Assembly (NCBI GenBank): GCA_963815495.1
Contig: CAWFGW010000011.1
Coordinates: 54,957 to 118,956, forward strand
Source of the DNA: an uncultured Cytophagales bacterium
GTDB taxonomy: Bacteria; Bacteroidota; Bacteroidia; Cytophagales; JAAEPT01
Direction of reading: 5' to 3'
Length of the DNA: 64,000 nucleotides
Within the stretch, counting starts at the first letter, position 1, and every line of letters begins with the position of its first letter. Position numbers and translations under genes: made by a program. Below, piece by piece: positions 49,755 to 59,786 of the stretch. The notes under the pieces were generated by a model, which was not told the origin of the DNA, did not search any database, and was given only the letters and a program-made list of their open reading frames with translations.

Positions 49755-52700
49755 TTACTCGACTATGAGTTTACCAGAAAACAAAGCTGTGGCTGTATGT
49801 ATGGTGTAGATAAATAGACCGCTTGTATTAAAATCGCTTTTGTTTATCGTAAACGCCTGACTTGAGCTAGTTTTACTGAATAGCACCTTGCCCGATAACT
49901 CTTGCACGTGTAATATAGCTTCTGAGGAGGAGGTATTTTTAAACTTCAACATTGAAGTAGTCGATAAAGGGTTTGGATAAAAATTCACATCATTTGAATG
50001 GATATTCTCTTCTATACCAACATTTATAGGTATAGAAGTCACCAAATTATTTAATGTGGTATTGGTAATAATTGCTGGGTTCTGATCAAAATAAATGTAG
50101 GCTGTATTGCTAACAAGTGTGTTTTCAGGTACGCCTTTAAAAGCCTGAATGCTATAACTCACAAAACCATTACTTGCTTCTTCATTTGTAGCACTATCGG
50201 GCAACACGATGTTGTTGAACTCAAAAGTCACCTCACCTGATGCACTCATGGTCGTATTTACGGGGTGACTACTTGCTAATTCGGTAAAAGTAGTGCGATC
50301 TAACGCGCTATGCAGCGTATCTTTAATCGCTACATAAAAGGCGGTATCATTACCGGTGTTTTGAAAACGGATCGTGTATTTTAACACTTCATTTTTAAGA
50401 GTATAGTTTTCTTCTCCTATGGGCAACGGCAACACCGCTTTGTCATTCGGGTCATACGAACAGGTTACTATACTTTGTGCGGTTTCAGTAAATGTTTTAT
50501 CCTCTGCTAACAAATTACTTGAATACACTAAGGTATCACCCATGCGCTCGAAGGTTGGATTTTGCACATTCAATTTAATTTGTCGAACAGTACCAGCATC
50601 AAAAGCAGTAAAGCTGTAATAGATTTTATTGGCTACTAATGAATCGTAAGCGGGAAAACTGTTTTTTATTGCTACATCGACATCAAGTGTTAGCTCTAAA
50701 GCTGCATCGTTGGTAGTGGTACCTGAATTGGTATAAGTAAACCAAATAGGCACTTCGGTATTACATCGCCCTGAACCCAACAAAGAAATATTACTTTGGT
50801 ACACTAGTGTATCTGGAGCAAACACAGCAAATGGGGACAACTGTTCCCTCTCATTTTTTAAAGTAAAAGTATAACTAGTGTCTTTGGTCAAAGTATAATG
50901 AGAACTAGGCACATAAGATACTGTATACGTTTTACCTGAGTCTGCCTGAAACCTGTATTCGCCATTGGTATTGGTATAGGCAGTAACATTACCTGGGTTT
51001 AACAGTACTTTTTGTCCTTTTACGTAGCCCTCACCAGCATCTAATAGTTGGTTTTTATTTTTATCTAAAAAGATTTTGCTGGTTATGATTGATTTATTAA
51101 CTGGGTTGTTGTGAGTTGAAGTGTTTGATAAAACAAATACACCTTCATTAGCACCAAACCACTTATTTCCTTCTACATCTATAGCTATAGATTGAACATA
51201 ATTTGAATACAACTCCGAGTTGCTATTGTTATAGGTTGTCCAAGTAGTACCATCAAACTTTGAGACACCTGTAGAATAACCACCACTAAACCACTTATTT
51301 CCTTCTTTATCTACTGCTATGTCTGTTATACGATTTGAACTCAAACTTGAATTGGTGGTTGTGTAAGTAAGCCAATTATTTGAATCAAATTTTGAAACAC
51401 CTCCATAAGTACCAAACCACTTATTTCCTTCTGCATCTATGGCTATAGATTGAACATAATTTGAAACTAAACCCGAATTGGTTGCAGTGTAACTTGTCCA
51501 GCTTGTGCCATCAAACATTGAAACACCTTCATAAGTACCAAACCACTTATTTCCTTCTACATCTATGGCTATAGATTGAACATAATTTGAAACTAAACCT
51601 GAATTGGTTACAGTGTAATTTGTCCAAGTAGTACCATCAAACATTGAAATACCCCCATAAGTACCAAACCACTTATTTCCTTCTACATCTATGGCTATAG
51701 ATCCAATAGAATTTGAAACTAAACCTGAATTGTTTACAGTATAATTTGTCCAAGTAGTACCATCAAATTTTGACACGCCTGCACCAGTACCAAACCACTT
51801 ATTTCCTTCTACATCTATGGCTATAGATCCAATAGAATTTGAAACTAAACCTGAATTGTTTACAGTATAATTTGTCCAAGTAGTACCATCAAATTTTGAC
51901 ACGCCTGCACCAGTACCAAACCACTTATTTCCTTCTACATCTATGGCTATAGATCCAATAAAATTTGAAACTAAACCTAAATTGGCGGTTGAGTAGGTAA
52001 GCCAACTATTCCCATCAAATTTTAACACTCCTTCTGTAGTACCAAACCATTTATTACCTTCTTTATCTATGGCTACGTTATATATAGAGTTAGAATACAA
52101 GCCCGAATTACTACTATTATAGGTTATCCAAGTAGTGCCATCAAACTGTGAGACTCCCCCATAATAACCCCCACAAAACCACATTGCCCCTTCTTTATCT
52201 ACTACTATGTCTGTAATATAATTTGAACTCAAACCTGAATTGATGGTAGTATAGGTAGTCCAACTTGTGCCATCAAACATTGAAACACCCCCATAATCAC
52301 CAACAAACCACTTATTTCCTTCTAAATCTATAGCTATAGATATAACAGAGTTTGAAACTAAACCTGAATTGGTGGTAGTGTAGCTAGTCCAACTTGTGCC
52401 ATCAAACATTGAAACACCCTCATAAGTACCAAACCACTTGTTTCCTTCCCCATCTACTGCGATAGAAAAAATTTGATTTGAACTCAAACCCGAATTAATT
52501 GTAGTGTAGTTAGTCCAGCTTGTGCCATCAAACACTGAAACACCATTATTAGTACCAAACCACTTATTTCCCTCTACATCTATGGCTATAGATCTAACAT
52601 GATTTGAAACTAAACCTGAATTGGTTGCAGTGTAATTTGTCCAACTGGTGCCATCAAATTTTGACACGCCTCGATTAGTACCAAACCACTTATTCCCATC

Positions 52701-52946
52701 TGAGTCTATAACAATAGAAAAAATATCATTAGATACTAACCCATCAATAAAAGTATAATCAGCCAACACTTCCCCGTTTAATCCTCTCACCACTACACCC
52801 GCATTTGAACAAATCCAAATTTTACCGTCTTCTACGGCAGTAGCTGTTACTGAATCTTTATTACTGTAATACAACCATTTGTCTTGTGCTTGCAATTGCA
52901 TAACCAAGCCTAGTATCAGACAGAAAACGAGTAGTAATTTTTTCAT
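49755..52946 (-). CDS. T9SS cargo C: Reg_prop (two-component regulator propeller) repeats + DUF7619-like domain + CTD
   Basis: About 13 repeats of SIAIDxEGNKWFGTxxGVSxFDGTxWTxY; SYDPNDK/YTIRFQNTG; FYPNP. Confidence 0.85.
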   Translation of the reverse strand: MKKLLLVFCLILGLVMQLQAQDKWLYYSNKDSVTATAVEDGKIWICSNAGVVVRGLNGEVLADYTFIDGLVSNDIFSIVIDSDGNKWFGTNRGVSKFDGTSWTNYTATNSGLVSNHVRSIAIDVEGNKWFGTNNGVSVFDGTSWTNYTTINSGLSSNQIFSIAVDGEGNKWFGTYEGVSMFDGTSWTSYTTTNSGLVSNSVISIAIDLEGNKWFVGDYGGVSMFDGTSWTTYTTINSGLSSNYITDIVVDKEGAMWFCGGYYGGVSQFDGTTWITYNSSNSGLYSNSIYNVAIDKEGNKWFGTTEGVLKFDGNSWLTYSTANLGLVSNFIGSIAIDVEGNKWFGTGAGVSKFDGTTWTNYTVNNSGLVSNSIGSIAIDVEGNKWFGTGAGVSKFDGTTWTNYTVNNSGLVSNSIGSIAIDVEGNKWFGTYGGISMFDGTTWTNYTVTNSGLVSNYVQSIAIDVEGNKWFGTYEGVSMFDGTSWTSYTATNSGLVSNYVQSIAIDAEGNKWFGTYGGVSKFDSNNWLTYTTTNSSLSSNRITDIAVDKEGNKWFSGGYSTGVSKFDGTTWTTYNNSNSELYSNYVQSIAIDVEGNKWFGANEGVFVLSNTSTHNNPVNKSIITSKIFLDKNKNQLLDAGEGYVKGQKVLLNPGNVTAYTNTNGEYRFQADSGKTYTVSYVPSSHYTLTKDTSYTFTLKNEREQLSPFAVFAPDTLVYQSNISLLGSGRCNTEVPIWFTYTNSGTTTNDAALELTLDVDVAIKNSFPAYDSLVANKIYYSFTAFDAGTVRQIKLNVQNPTFERMGDTLVYSSNLLAEDKTFTETAQSIVTCSYDPNDKAVLPLPIGEENYTLKNEVLKYTIRFQNTGNDTAFYVAIKDTLHSALDRTTFTELASSHPVNTTMSASGEVTFEFNNIVLPDSATNEEASNGFVSYSIQAFKGVPENTLVSNTAYIYFDQNPAIITNTTLNNLVTSIPINVGIEENIHSNDVNFYPNPLSTTSMLKFKNTSSSEAILHVQELSGKVLFSKTSSSQAFTINKSDFNTSGLFIYTIHTATALFSGKLIVE
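51130..52745 (-). repeat. Intragenic tandem repeats of about 126 bp (42 aa)
   Basis: Units starting at 51661, 51787 and 51913 are identical through 51960; flanking units are more diverged. Confidence 0.92.
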
Positions 52947-53173
52947 ACGGCTTGTGTTAAAAGGAACTTAATCTTGAACAGCTTTCAAATGTCCGCTTGT
53001 TTTATGATAAAAGCAATTAAAAAAATGATTTATAAAAAACTAGAATTACTTTTGAGGAATTCTAAGGGGGGGGGCATATAATTCATCTTAACTCATTGTA
53101 ATTCGAATAGTTAAATGATACTTTTTTTAGTTAAATAGAACAATCTGAAATCGTTTTTCGTTAACTTTATCGT

Positions 53174-53410
53174 ATGGATATTCAAAATCTACAAAATGAA
53201 AAACTAGAGCTTATTACTTGGATTAGTCAACTTCAAGACTTTTCAGTAATTGAAAAATTAAAATCTATTCAATCTAAATCGCAAGAAATTCCTCAATGGC
53301 AAAAAGATGAAATAGACCGAAGATTATACTTAATTGAATCAGGTCAAATGAAATCAAGGAGTTGGGAGGAAGCTCAAAAGGATATTTTTAAAAAATCATT
53401 ACCTATGTAG
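53174..53410 (+). CDS. Addiction-module antitoxin component
   Basis: IPQWQKDEIDRRL...SWEE motif typical of the putative addiction module antidote family; upstream of a ParE-like gene. Confidence 0.8.
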   Translation: MDIQNLQNEKLELITWISQLQDFSVIEKLKSIQSKSQEIPQWQKDEIDRRLYLIESGQMKSRSWEEAQKDIFKKSLPM

Positions 53411-53682
53411 TGAATATTCAGGAAGCTGCTGAAAAAGATTTTCGAAATACATTTTTATGGTATGAAAATCAAAAACAAAGTCTTGGAATTTCTTTTCAAA
53501 AGCGCGTTCTGGAAACCATTGAAAGCATAGCGTTAAATCCTTTAAAGTATCAAGTTAGATACAAAAATATTAGATTTGCCTTCACTAAACAGTTCCCTTT
53601 TGGAATCCATTTTTATGTTGAAGAATCTACCATTGAAATAATTTCTGGGTCTCACACTTCTCAAAAACCCCATAACTGGTAA
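53398..53682 (+). CDS. RelE/ParE family toxin, start codon apparently lost (ATT at 53398; alternative GTG at 53410)
   Basis: AEKDF...WYE.Q...LG..F, NP..YQ.RY, FPFGIHF and HTS..P motifs; the frame extends upstream as I-T-Y-V-V-N-I. Confidence 0.75.
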   Translation: MTYVVNIQEAAEKDFRNTFLWYENQKQSLGISFQKRVLETIESIALNPLKYQVRYKNIRFAFTKQFPFGIHFYVEESTIEIISGSHTSQKPHNW

Positions 53683-53731
53683 CAAAAAACTTGATAAAGA
53701 TTATCCGATTCTTGAATGTGTTGCGTAATAA

Positions 53732-55642
53732 TCAATATTTCAATTCCACCAAAGCCCCCTGCTTAATCTCCTCTACCACTTCAGGGTCCAACAACGTAGA
53801 AGTATCTCCTAAATTAGACACATCACCTTCCGCTACTTTTCGTAAAATTCTACGCATAATTTTGCCAGAACGTGTTTTCGGTAGTCCGGATACAAACTGA
53901 ATTTTATCAGGTTTGGCGATGGGACCAATTTCTTTAGTTACCAATGCTAATATTTCTTTTCGCGTAGCAGCCTCATCAGCAACAGCTTTCTCACAAATCA
54001 CATAAGCATAAATTCCTTGCCCTTTGATTGCATGCGGATAGCCTACCACGGCAGACTCCACCACCAATGGATGTTCATTAATCGCATTTTCTACTTCTGC
54101 AGTACCCATTCGATGGCCACTTACATTAATCACATCATCGACTCTACCTGTAATCCTGTAAAAACCATCTTCGTCTCTACGACAGCCGTCTCCAGTGAAA
54201 TATTTACCAGGGTAGGTTCCAAAGTACACGTTTTTACATCGTTCATGATCACCGTAAGTTGTTCGAATAATGGATGGCCATGGAAATTTGATGCAAAGGT
54301 TACCTTCAACACCATTGCCTTCAATTTCTTTTCCTTCACTATCCATCAATATAGGTTGTATTCCTGGTAACGGAAGAGTCGCAAACGTAGGTTTCTCTTT
54401 GGTAATGCCAGCCAGAGGAGAAATCATAAAACCACCAGTTTCGGTTTGCCAGTAGGTATCAACAATCGAACAGTTCCCTTTTCCAACGTGTTTATGGTAC
54501 CAGAGCCATGCTTCTTCGTTAATTGGTTCGCCCACTGAACCGAGTGCTTTCAACGCACTTAAATCATATTTATCAACGTATTCGGTGCCATGAGCCATTA
54601 ACGCCCGAATCGCTGTTGGAGCCGTATAAAAAATATTCACATGATGTTTTTCACATACTTCCCAAAACCGACCTGCATCAGGGAAAGTGGGTACGCCTTC
54701 AAACATTAGCGTAGTAGCTCCGGCTAACAAGGGACCATAAACAATGTACGAGTGTCCTGTAATCCACCCGATGTCTGCAGTACACCAATAAACATCATTT
54801 TCTTCGTATTGAAAGGCATTTCTAAAGGTATAGTCGGTGTACACCATATAACCCGCGGTGGTATGTACCACTCCTTTGGGCTGCCCCGTAGAGCCAGAGG
54901 TATACAAAATAAATAGCATGTCTTCCGAGTCTACTTCAGTCGCTACATTTTCGATTGCAACTTTAGTTAATTCTTCATGCCACCACTTGTCAACCTTTTC
55001 GTTCCAGTTGACTTTTTCGTTCGTCCGTTGATACACAATTACCGCCTCCACACATGAACATTTTTCTATCGCTTCATCCACTACAGCTTTCACGGGAATG
55101 TTTTTTGAGCCACGATAATTGCCATCCGCAGTTAAAATCACTTTTGCTTGAGCATCATTTATTCGATCTGCCAAAGCGGTGGCAGAAAATCCGGCAAACA
55201 CAACAGAATGTACCGCCCCAATTCGGGCACATGCTAAACATGCCACAGCTAACTCAGGAACCATGGGCATATATAAACATACCCGATCGCCTTTCTTTAC
55301 TCCATTTGCAATCAGAACATTTGCAAACTGACAAACTTTTTCGTGCAGCTCTTTATAAGTGATTGTAATTGAAGGATCTTCAGGGTTGTTAGGCTCCCAG
55401 ATAATAGCGGCTTTATCCCCTCTGGTGTTTAGGTGTCTATCTAAACAGTTTTCCGTTATATTTAATTTCCCTCCAATAAACCATTCTACCTTAGGCTCTT
55501 CAAAATTCCATTCTAATACTTTATCCCATTTTTTTCTCCACGTAAACGTATCGGCTTGTTCTGCCCAAAAGCCTTCAGGGTTATCTACTGATTTTTTATA
55601 CTCCGATTGGTATTCTTCAAAAGTTGTGATCCGTGTAGCCAT
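53732..55642 (-). CDS. acs: Acetyl-CoA synthetase
   Basis: LYTSGSTGQPKG, WQTETGG, GRVDDV.NVSGHR and LPKTRSGKIMRR motifs. Confidence 0.97.
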   Translation of the reverse strand: MATRITTFEEYQSEYKKSVDNPEGFWAEQADTFTWRKKWDKVLEWNFEEPKVEWFIGGKLNITENCLDRHLNTRGDKAAIIWEPNNPEDPSITITYKELHEKVCQFANVLIANGVKKGDRVCLYMPMVPELAVACLACARIGAVHSVVFAGFSATALADRINDAQAKVILTADGNYRGSKNIPVKAVVDEAIEKCSCVEAVIVYQRTNEKVNWNEKVDKWWHEELTKVAIENVATEVDSEDMLFILYTSGSTGQPKGVVHTTAGYMVYTDYTFRNAFQYEENDVYWCTADIGWITGHSYIVYGPLLAGATTLMFEGVPTFPDAGRFWEVCEKHHVNIFYTAPTAIRALMAHGTEYVDKYDLSALKALGSVGEPINEEAWLWYHKHVGKGNCSIVDTYWQTETGGFMISPLAGITKEKPTFATLPLPGIQPILMDSEGKEIEGNGVEGNLCIKFPWPSIIRTTYGDHERCKNVYFGTYPGKYFTGDGCRRDEDGFYRITGRVDDVINVSGHRMGTAEVENAINEHPLVVESAVVGYPHAIKGQGIYAYVICEKAVADEAATRKEILALVTKEIGPIAKPDKIQFVSGLPKTRSGKIMRRILRKVAEGDVSNLGDTSTLLDPEVVEEIKQGALVELKY

Positions 55643-55828
55643 AAATAAATACTGAGTAATTAGTGATGAGTATTGCGTGATTTTTAGTTTAAAAGTTCTC
55701 TAAATTAAGAAACACTGAACTTTAAACACTAAAGCTCAAACAAAATCTTAATTTCGTCTGAATTATGAATATAACCAAAGCGAACAAAATATACTACCTT
55801 GAAAACGGATAGTTACGTCCTATCATCA

Positions 55829-57214
55829 ATGACACGTAAATTCAGCTACTTATTTATTCTATTTTTTTTCTTATCTGCTAAACAAATAGCGTTCTCCCAA
55901 GCCAATTATGTTGTGGTGAATAGTATCACGATTAAAGGAAATGAGAAAACTAAAAAACACATTATTACGAGAGAATTAGACTTTGCCGTTGGCGATACCC
56001 TTTTGGTTAGTGATACTGCAAGAATAATTCAACAAACCAAAAACAAACTTTACAACACCGCACTATTCAACGGGACAACCATTTTTTTCATTATGGGAGG
56101 TTCCACTCGCATCAATGTGTATATAGAAGTAAAAGAGCGATGGTACATCTGGCCTAGTCCAATATTTGAATTGGGCGATAGAAACTTCAATGAATGGTTT
56201 CAAGACAGAGACGCGAAATGGGACCGCCTCCAGTATGGACTCCGCTTTCGCTGGGATAACTTTAGAGGCAGAAACGAACAATTGAAACTTGTTACTCAGT
56301 TTGGTTTTACAAGGAAGTTTGAGCTCTTTCATACCGTTCCATATATCAACAAAAAGCAGACTGTCGGTATTAAATATGGCGCTTCGTACAGTATTAACAA
56401 CAAGGTAGCCTTCGCTACACTAGGTGATAAATTGGCCTATTTCAATGGTGATTCACCTAACAGGGAACGATTTTACGCCCAATTTTCATTCATTTCTCGA
56501 CCATTATTCTACGGTACACACGAACTTTCTGGAGTGTACAAAAATAATTGGGTAAGCGACACCATTGCTAAACTCAACGAAAGTTACTTTCTCAATGGTG
56601 ACACGCAACAAGAATTTGTGGAAGTTTCCTATGAATATAATATCAACACCACTGATGTAAGAGCCTACCCACTAAACGGCATTGTGTTTTTCACCAACTT
56701 CGGTAAAACTTTTGGAGATGCTGACTTAGAAACTATTATTGGATCGTTCGCTTGGTTTACACCTATCTCAAAGAAGTTATTCTTTGCAACAAAGTTCTAT
56801 GGAAAAACCATCAATGCTGACCGTATTCCGTACTTTAACATGTATGGTTTAGGCTATGAACAAAATTTTGTACGGGGTTATGAACGGCAAGTTATCGATG
56901 CCAAACACTTAGCCTATAATAGAAACTCCTTGCGGTGGAAGTTTCTACAACTAAAACAAGACATCAATTATATGATGCCATTGGAAGAATTTAATGAAAT
57001 ACCCTATGCTTTCTACTTGACCACCTTTTTTGATACTGGTATTTCCAACTTAGAAAACACATCCCCTCTAAATACTTTAAACAATGAAATGCTTTACAGT
57101 GCTGGCGTAGGCTTGGATATTGTAACTTATTATGATTTAGTGTTTCGGTTTGAATATGCTTTGACGAATAAAAATACAAATGGATTTTTCATCCATTTTG
57201 AACAAGCTTTTTAA
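55829..57214 (+). CDS. Omp85/BamA-TamA family outer membrane protein with one POTRA domain
   Basis: I.GNEKTK..II.REL POTRA, VKERWY, VRGYE motif, C-terminal Phe; ATG 55829 chosen (TTG 55799 is an alternative). Confidence 0.8.
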   Translation: MTRKFSYLFILFFFLSAKQIAFSQANYVVVNSITIKGNEKTKKHIITRELDFAVGDTLLVSDTARIIQQTKNKLYNTALFNGTTIFFIMGGSTRINVYIEVKERWYIWPSPIFELGDRNFNEWFQDRDAKWDRLQYGLRFRWDNFRGRNEQLKLVTQFGFTRKFELFHTVPYINKKQTVGIKYGASYSINNKVAFATLGDKLAYFNGDSPNRERFYAQFSFISRPLFYGTHELSGVYKNNWVSDTIAKLNESYFLNGDTQQEFVEVSYEYNINTTDVRAYPLNGIVFFTNFGKTFGDADLETIIGSFAWFTPISKKLFFATKFYGKTINADRIPYFNMYGLGYEQNFVRGYERQVIDAKHLAYNRNSLRWKFLQLKQDINYMMPLEEFNEIPYAFYLTTFFDTGISNLENTSPLNTLNNEMLYSAGVGLDIVTYYDLVFRFEYALTNKNTNGFFIHFEQAF

Positions 57215-57215
57215 A

Positions 57216-57246
57216 AAAAGAAATCGGCTTTTTGCCGATTTCTTTT
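57216..57246. terminator. Bidirectional terminator between convergent genes
   Basis: aaaagaaatcggc-ttttt-gccgatttctttt perfect hairpin. Confidence 0.85.
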
Positions 57247-57267
57247 AATGAATTTTTAATAAGTAAT

Positions 57268-58710
57268 TTATTGAACTGAAATAGATTTTGTTGCAATACC
57301 AGCTTCAGTTATTACTGTTACTTGGTAGATTCCTGCTGGTAATGAAGAAACATCAATTTGTTTTCCATTTGCAGAAAGCTCTATTTCTACTCCTAATACA
57401 TTTACTGCTGATGCACTTAACACTTCAGAATTTGCATTAATGAAGTTAGTTGCAGGATTCGGGAAAAGTGATAATTCAGCAAAAGCTTCTTCTGAACTTT
57501 CTCCCATTCTGTTGCCATTTGAAGCAGGAAGCATTTGGTAGAAGTTAGCTTTAAATGCACCACCGTCTGCATAACCTTCGTAGTATAAATTAGGCGCACC
57601 ACTTACTACAGTAGAATTGTGTATTGCTACAGAATAACCCAGTAATTTTATATCATCTAATCCGTAAGGGCTTGCATTTTGATTTACATACATTTTTCCT
57701 ACGTGTGCAAAATTATACACCCAGTTGTTTCCAACCTGATGACTTTTTAACTCGAAATAACGCACTTCACCCTCACCAGCGTTAACACTTAACATCCCTG
57801 CAACCAAACGAGAACCGTCTATTGCTAAATCACTAGCAGCGTTATTACCAAGAGTTAATGTTTGGAATTCATACCAGGTATTATCCCAGTGTTTTTTATA
57901 CACTTTTATGTAGTTGCTTGAGGATGAAGCCGCATATTCATCGCTTATGGTTACATTCCCACCTACTTGGCTGCTTCCCTGAGATGCTGATGAAAACACC
58001 CAATTGTTTCCGTCAAATCTATAGATATAAAATGAGCTTATACCTGGAGCTGCCACTATCAAGTTGCTGTTTTTTATTTCTACATCATTGCCAAACCATG
58101 CGTCTTGAACCCATCCATATTGGTTTGTTCTAAAAGGTGAAGCACTAAAGTTAGGTAGTGGTAACCATCCTTTATCTTCCCATACTCCTGTCCCATCATT
58201 TCTTCGGAACATTTTCACACCACCATCACCACCTTTTTGTGATGCACCAACAGCAATCCAGCTACCACTAATAGCTACAGCCTCGCCAAAACGGGTTCCA
58301 GTTTCACTTGATCCTTGATAAAGGTATTGTGAAATTTGAGATGAATAATGGGATCCGTCCCATGTCTTTTTAGCAATTCCTACTTTCTGAGCTAGAGGAG
58401 CACCCATTACAATAGCATGTTGACCAATTGCTACAGTTTTTGGACCACCCATACCATCACCTGTGTTAATAGGTGAGGTTCGATAGGAGCGAACATACTG
58501 GTTGTTGTTATATAACATTGCTGAACCATTTGTACTGTTGTACCCAAATTTACTGCCGACTATGGTGTATTGGTCGTACAGGTCAATCGACTGCCCCCTT
58601 TCTAATTCTAAAATAGGGAACTTTACCAACTCCGTAGCTGGAGTTTGTGCTTTCACATTCATTGACGCGGCTAAAAATAAGCTGCACGCCATTAGTTGTA
58701 ATCTTTTCAT
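57268..58710 (-). CDS. T9SS cargo with FG-GAP-like beta-propeller
   Basis: Signal peptide from ATG 58710; FGEAVAISGSWIAVGA, FGNDVEI and LGYSVAI..VSGAP repeats; LFPNPAT CTD. Confidence 0.8.
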   Translation of the reverse strand: MKRLQLMACSLFLAASMNVKAQTPATELVKFPILELERGQSIDLYDQYTIVGSKFGYNSTNGSAMLYNNNQYVRSYRTSPINTGDGMGGPKTVAIGQHAIVMGAPLAQKVGIAKKTWDGSHYSSQISQYLYQGSSETGTRFGEAVAISGSWIAVGASQKGGDGGVKMFRRNDGTGVWEDKGWLPLPNFSASPFRTNQYGWVQDAWFGNDVEIKNSNLIVAAPGISSFYIYRFDGNNWVFSSASQGSSQVGGNVTISDEYAASSSSNYIKVYKKHWDNTWYEFQTLTLGNNAASDLAIDGSRLVAGMLSVNAGEGEVRYFELKSHQVGNNWVYNFAHVGKMYVNQNASPYGLDDIKLLGYSVAIHNSTVVSGAPNLYYEGYADGGAFKANFYQMLPASNGNRMGESSEEAFAELSLFPNPATNFINANSEVLSASAVNVLGVEIELSANGKQIDVSSLPAGIYQVTVITEAGIATKSISVQ

Positions 58711-58876
58711 AATTTTTATTTGGTTAGATTTAAAATAACTATGCATGCAAAATCATAAAAAAAAGAATAGTCACTTCTTCCTATTTCACCTTCGAAGGAA
58801 GTTAATTTAGCATCGTTGAACATCTCTAAATAATCGTTAAAAAGCTGATGTGTTTAGACAAAAAAATATTAATAAC

Positions 58877-58920
58877 AAAAATAGCCACACCTAAATTGAA
58901 AGTAAGTGCAGCTATTTTTT
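58877..58920 (-). terminator. Rho-independent terminator after the porin gene
   Basis: Minus strand atagctgcactta...taggtgtggctat with G-U pairs, followed by T's. Confidence 0.6.
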
Positions 58921-58943
58921 AGATTATTAGAAATACCAAGAAG

Positions 58944-59588
58944 TTATTCTTTAATCATTACAGACGTATCTTCTTTCTCTTTAGAGAGCTTGAAACCAAA
59001 GCCAACGGACATGGAAAACTGTCCAGTTTGCGCCTTTCCATCTTGTAATACATTTATCATTCCGTTACTGTATCTAAAGTCGAGAGTTAAAACAACAAAA
59101 TCAGATTCTAAATCAATACCAGCACCGTATATAGTAGACAAGTTAAATGTACTAAACTGATCATCCACTGGTACAGACGAACCATCGGATGATTGAATTT
59201 CATTAGTGACTTCTCCGACTTTAAATCCAGCACTCTCTCCTATGTAAGCGAAGGGATAAACAGAACCACCTAATGGTATTTTTATTTTCAAGAGCAGAGG
59301 AAATTCTAAGTAAGACAATTTAGGGTCATAAGTAATAGAATCGTATTTGTACTTGCCCCCCATTTGAGTATATAACATTTCAATTTGGAAATCAATAAAC
59401 TCTGCAAAGCCTAAACTGGCAAAGCCTCCAATGGTAGGTCCAGCGTTTGTTTCTGCATTGCTAATAGAATTACCATTAAATTTACTGAAAGCTACACCTC
59501 CTTTAAAACCAAGGGATGTTTGGATTTGGGCATGACTCATTGATGAGATCAAAGCTATTAATAAGATTAGTGTAATATTTTTTTTCAT
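58944..59588 (-). CDS. PorT-family outer membrane beta-barrel, paralogue 1
   Basis: Signal peptide; GFKGG, Q.E.LYTQ.G, LSYLEFPLLLK and DFRYS.G motifs. Confidence 0.85.
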   Translation of the reverse strand: MKKNITLILLIALISSMSHAQIQTSLGFKGGVAFSKFNGNSISNAETNAGPTIGGFASLGFAEFIDFQIEMLYTQMGGKYKYDSITYDPKLSYLEFPLLLKIKIPLGGSVYPFAYIGESAGFKVGEVTNEIQSSDGSSVPVDDQFSTFNLSTIYGAGIDLESDFVVLTLDFRYSNGMINVLQDGKAQTGQFSMSVGFGFKLSKEKEDTSVMIKE

Positions 59589-59786
59589 TTTCTATTGAGG
59601 TTTAGTTTCCATTTTTTTACCTAAAACTATACCGACAACTAAACATAGCCATTATGGGGGCTTTCAAAGTAATTGAACCTCAAATATTGTTAATAAAGCC
59701 GCATACACTCCCTTAATTGTAGAAAAAAATTCACACTCTCAATAAACTTAGTTTAGCTTTTTATGGGAACCCTAAACAACAAACAT

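Noticed and set aside
51130-52745. Regular repeats resembling a CRISPR array
   Set aside because: Units are in-frame 126-bp coding repeats with no unique spacers, and there are no cas genes
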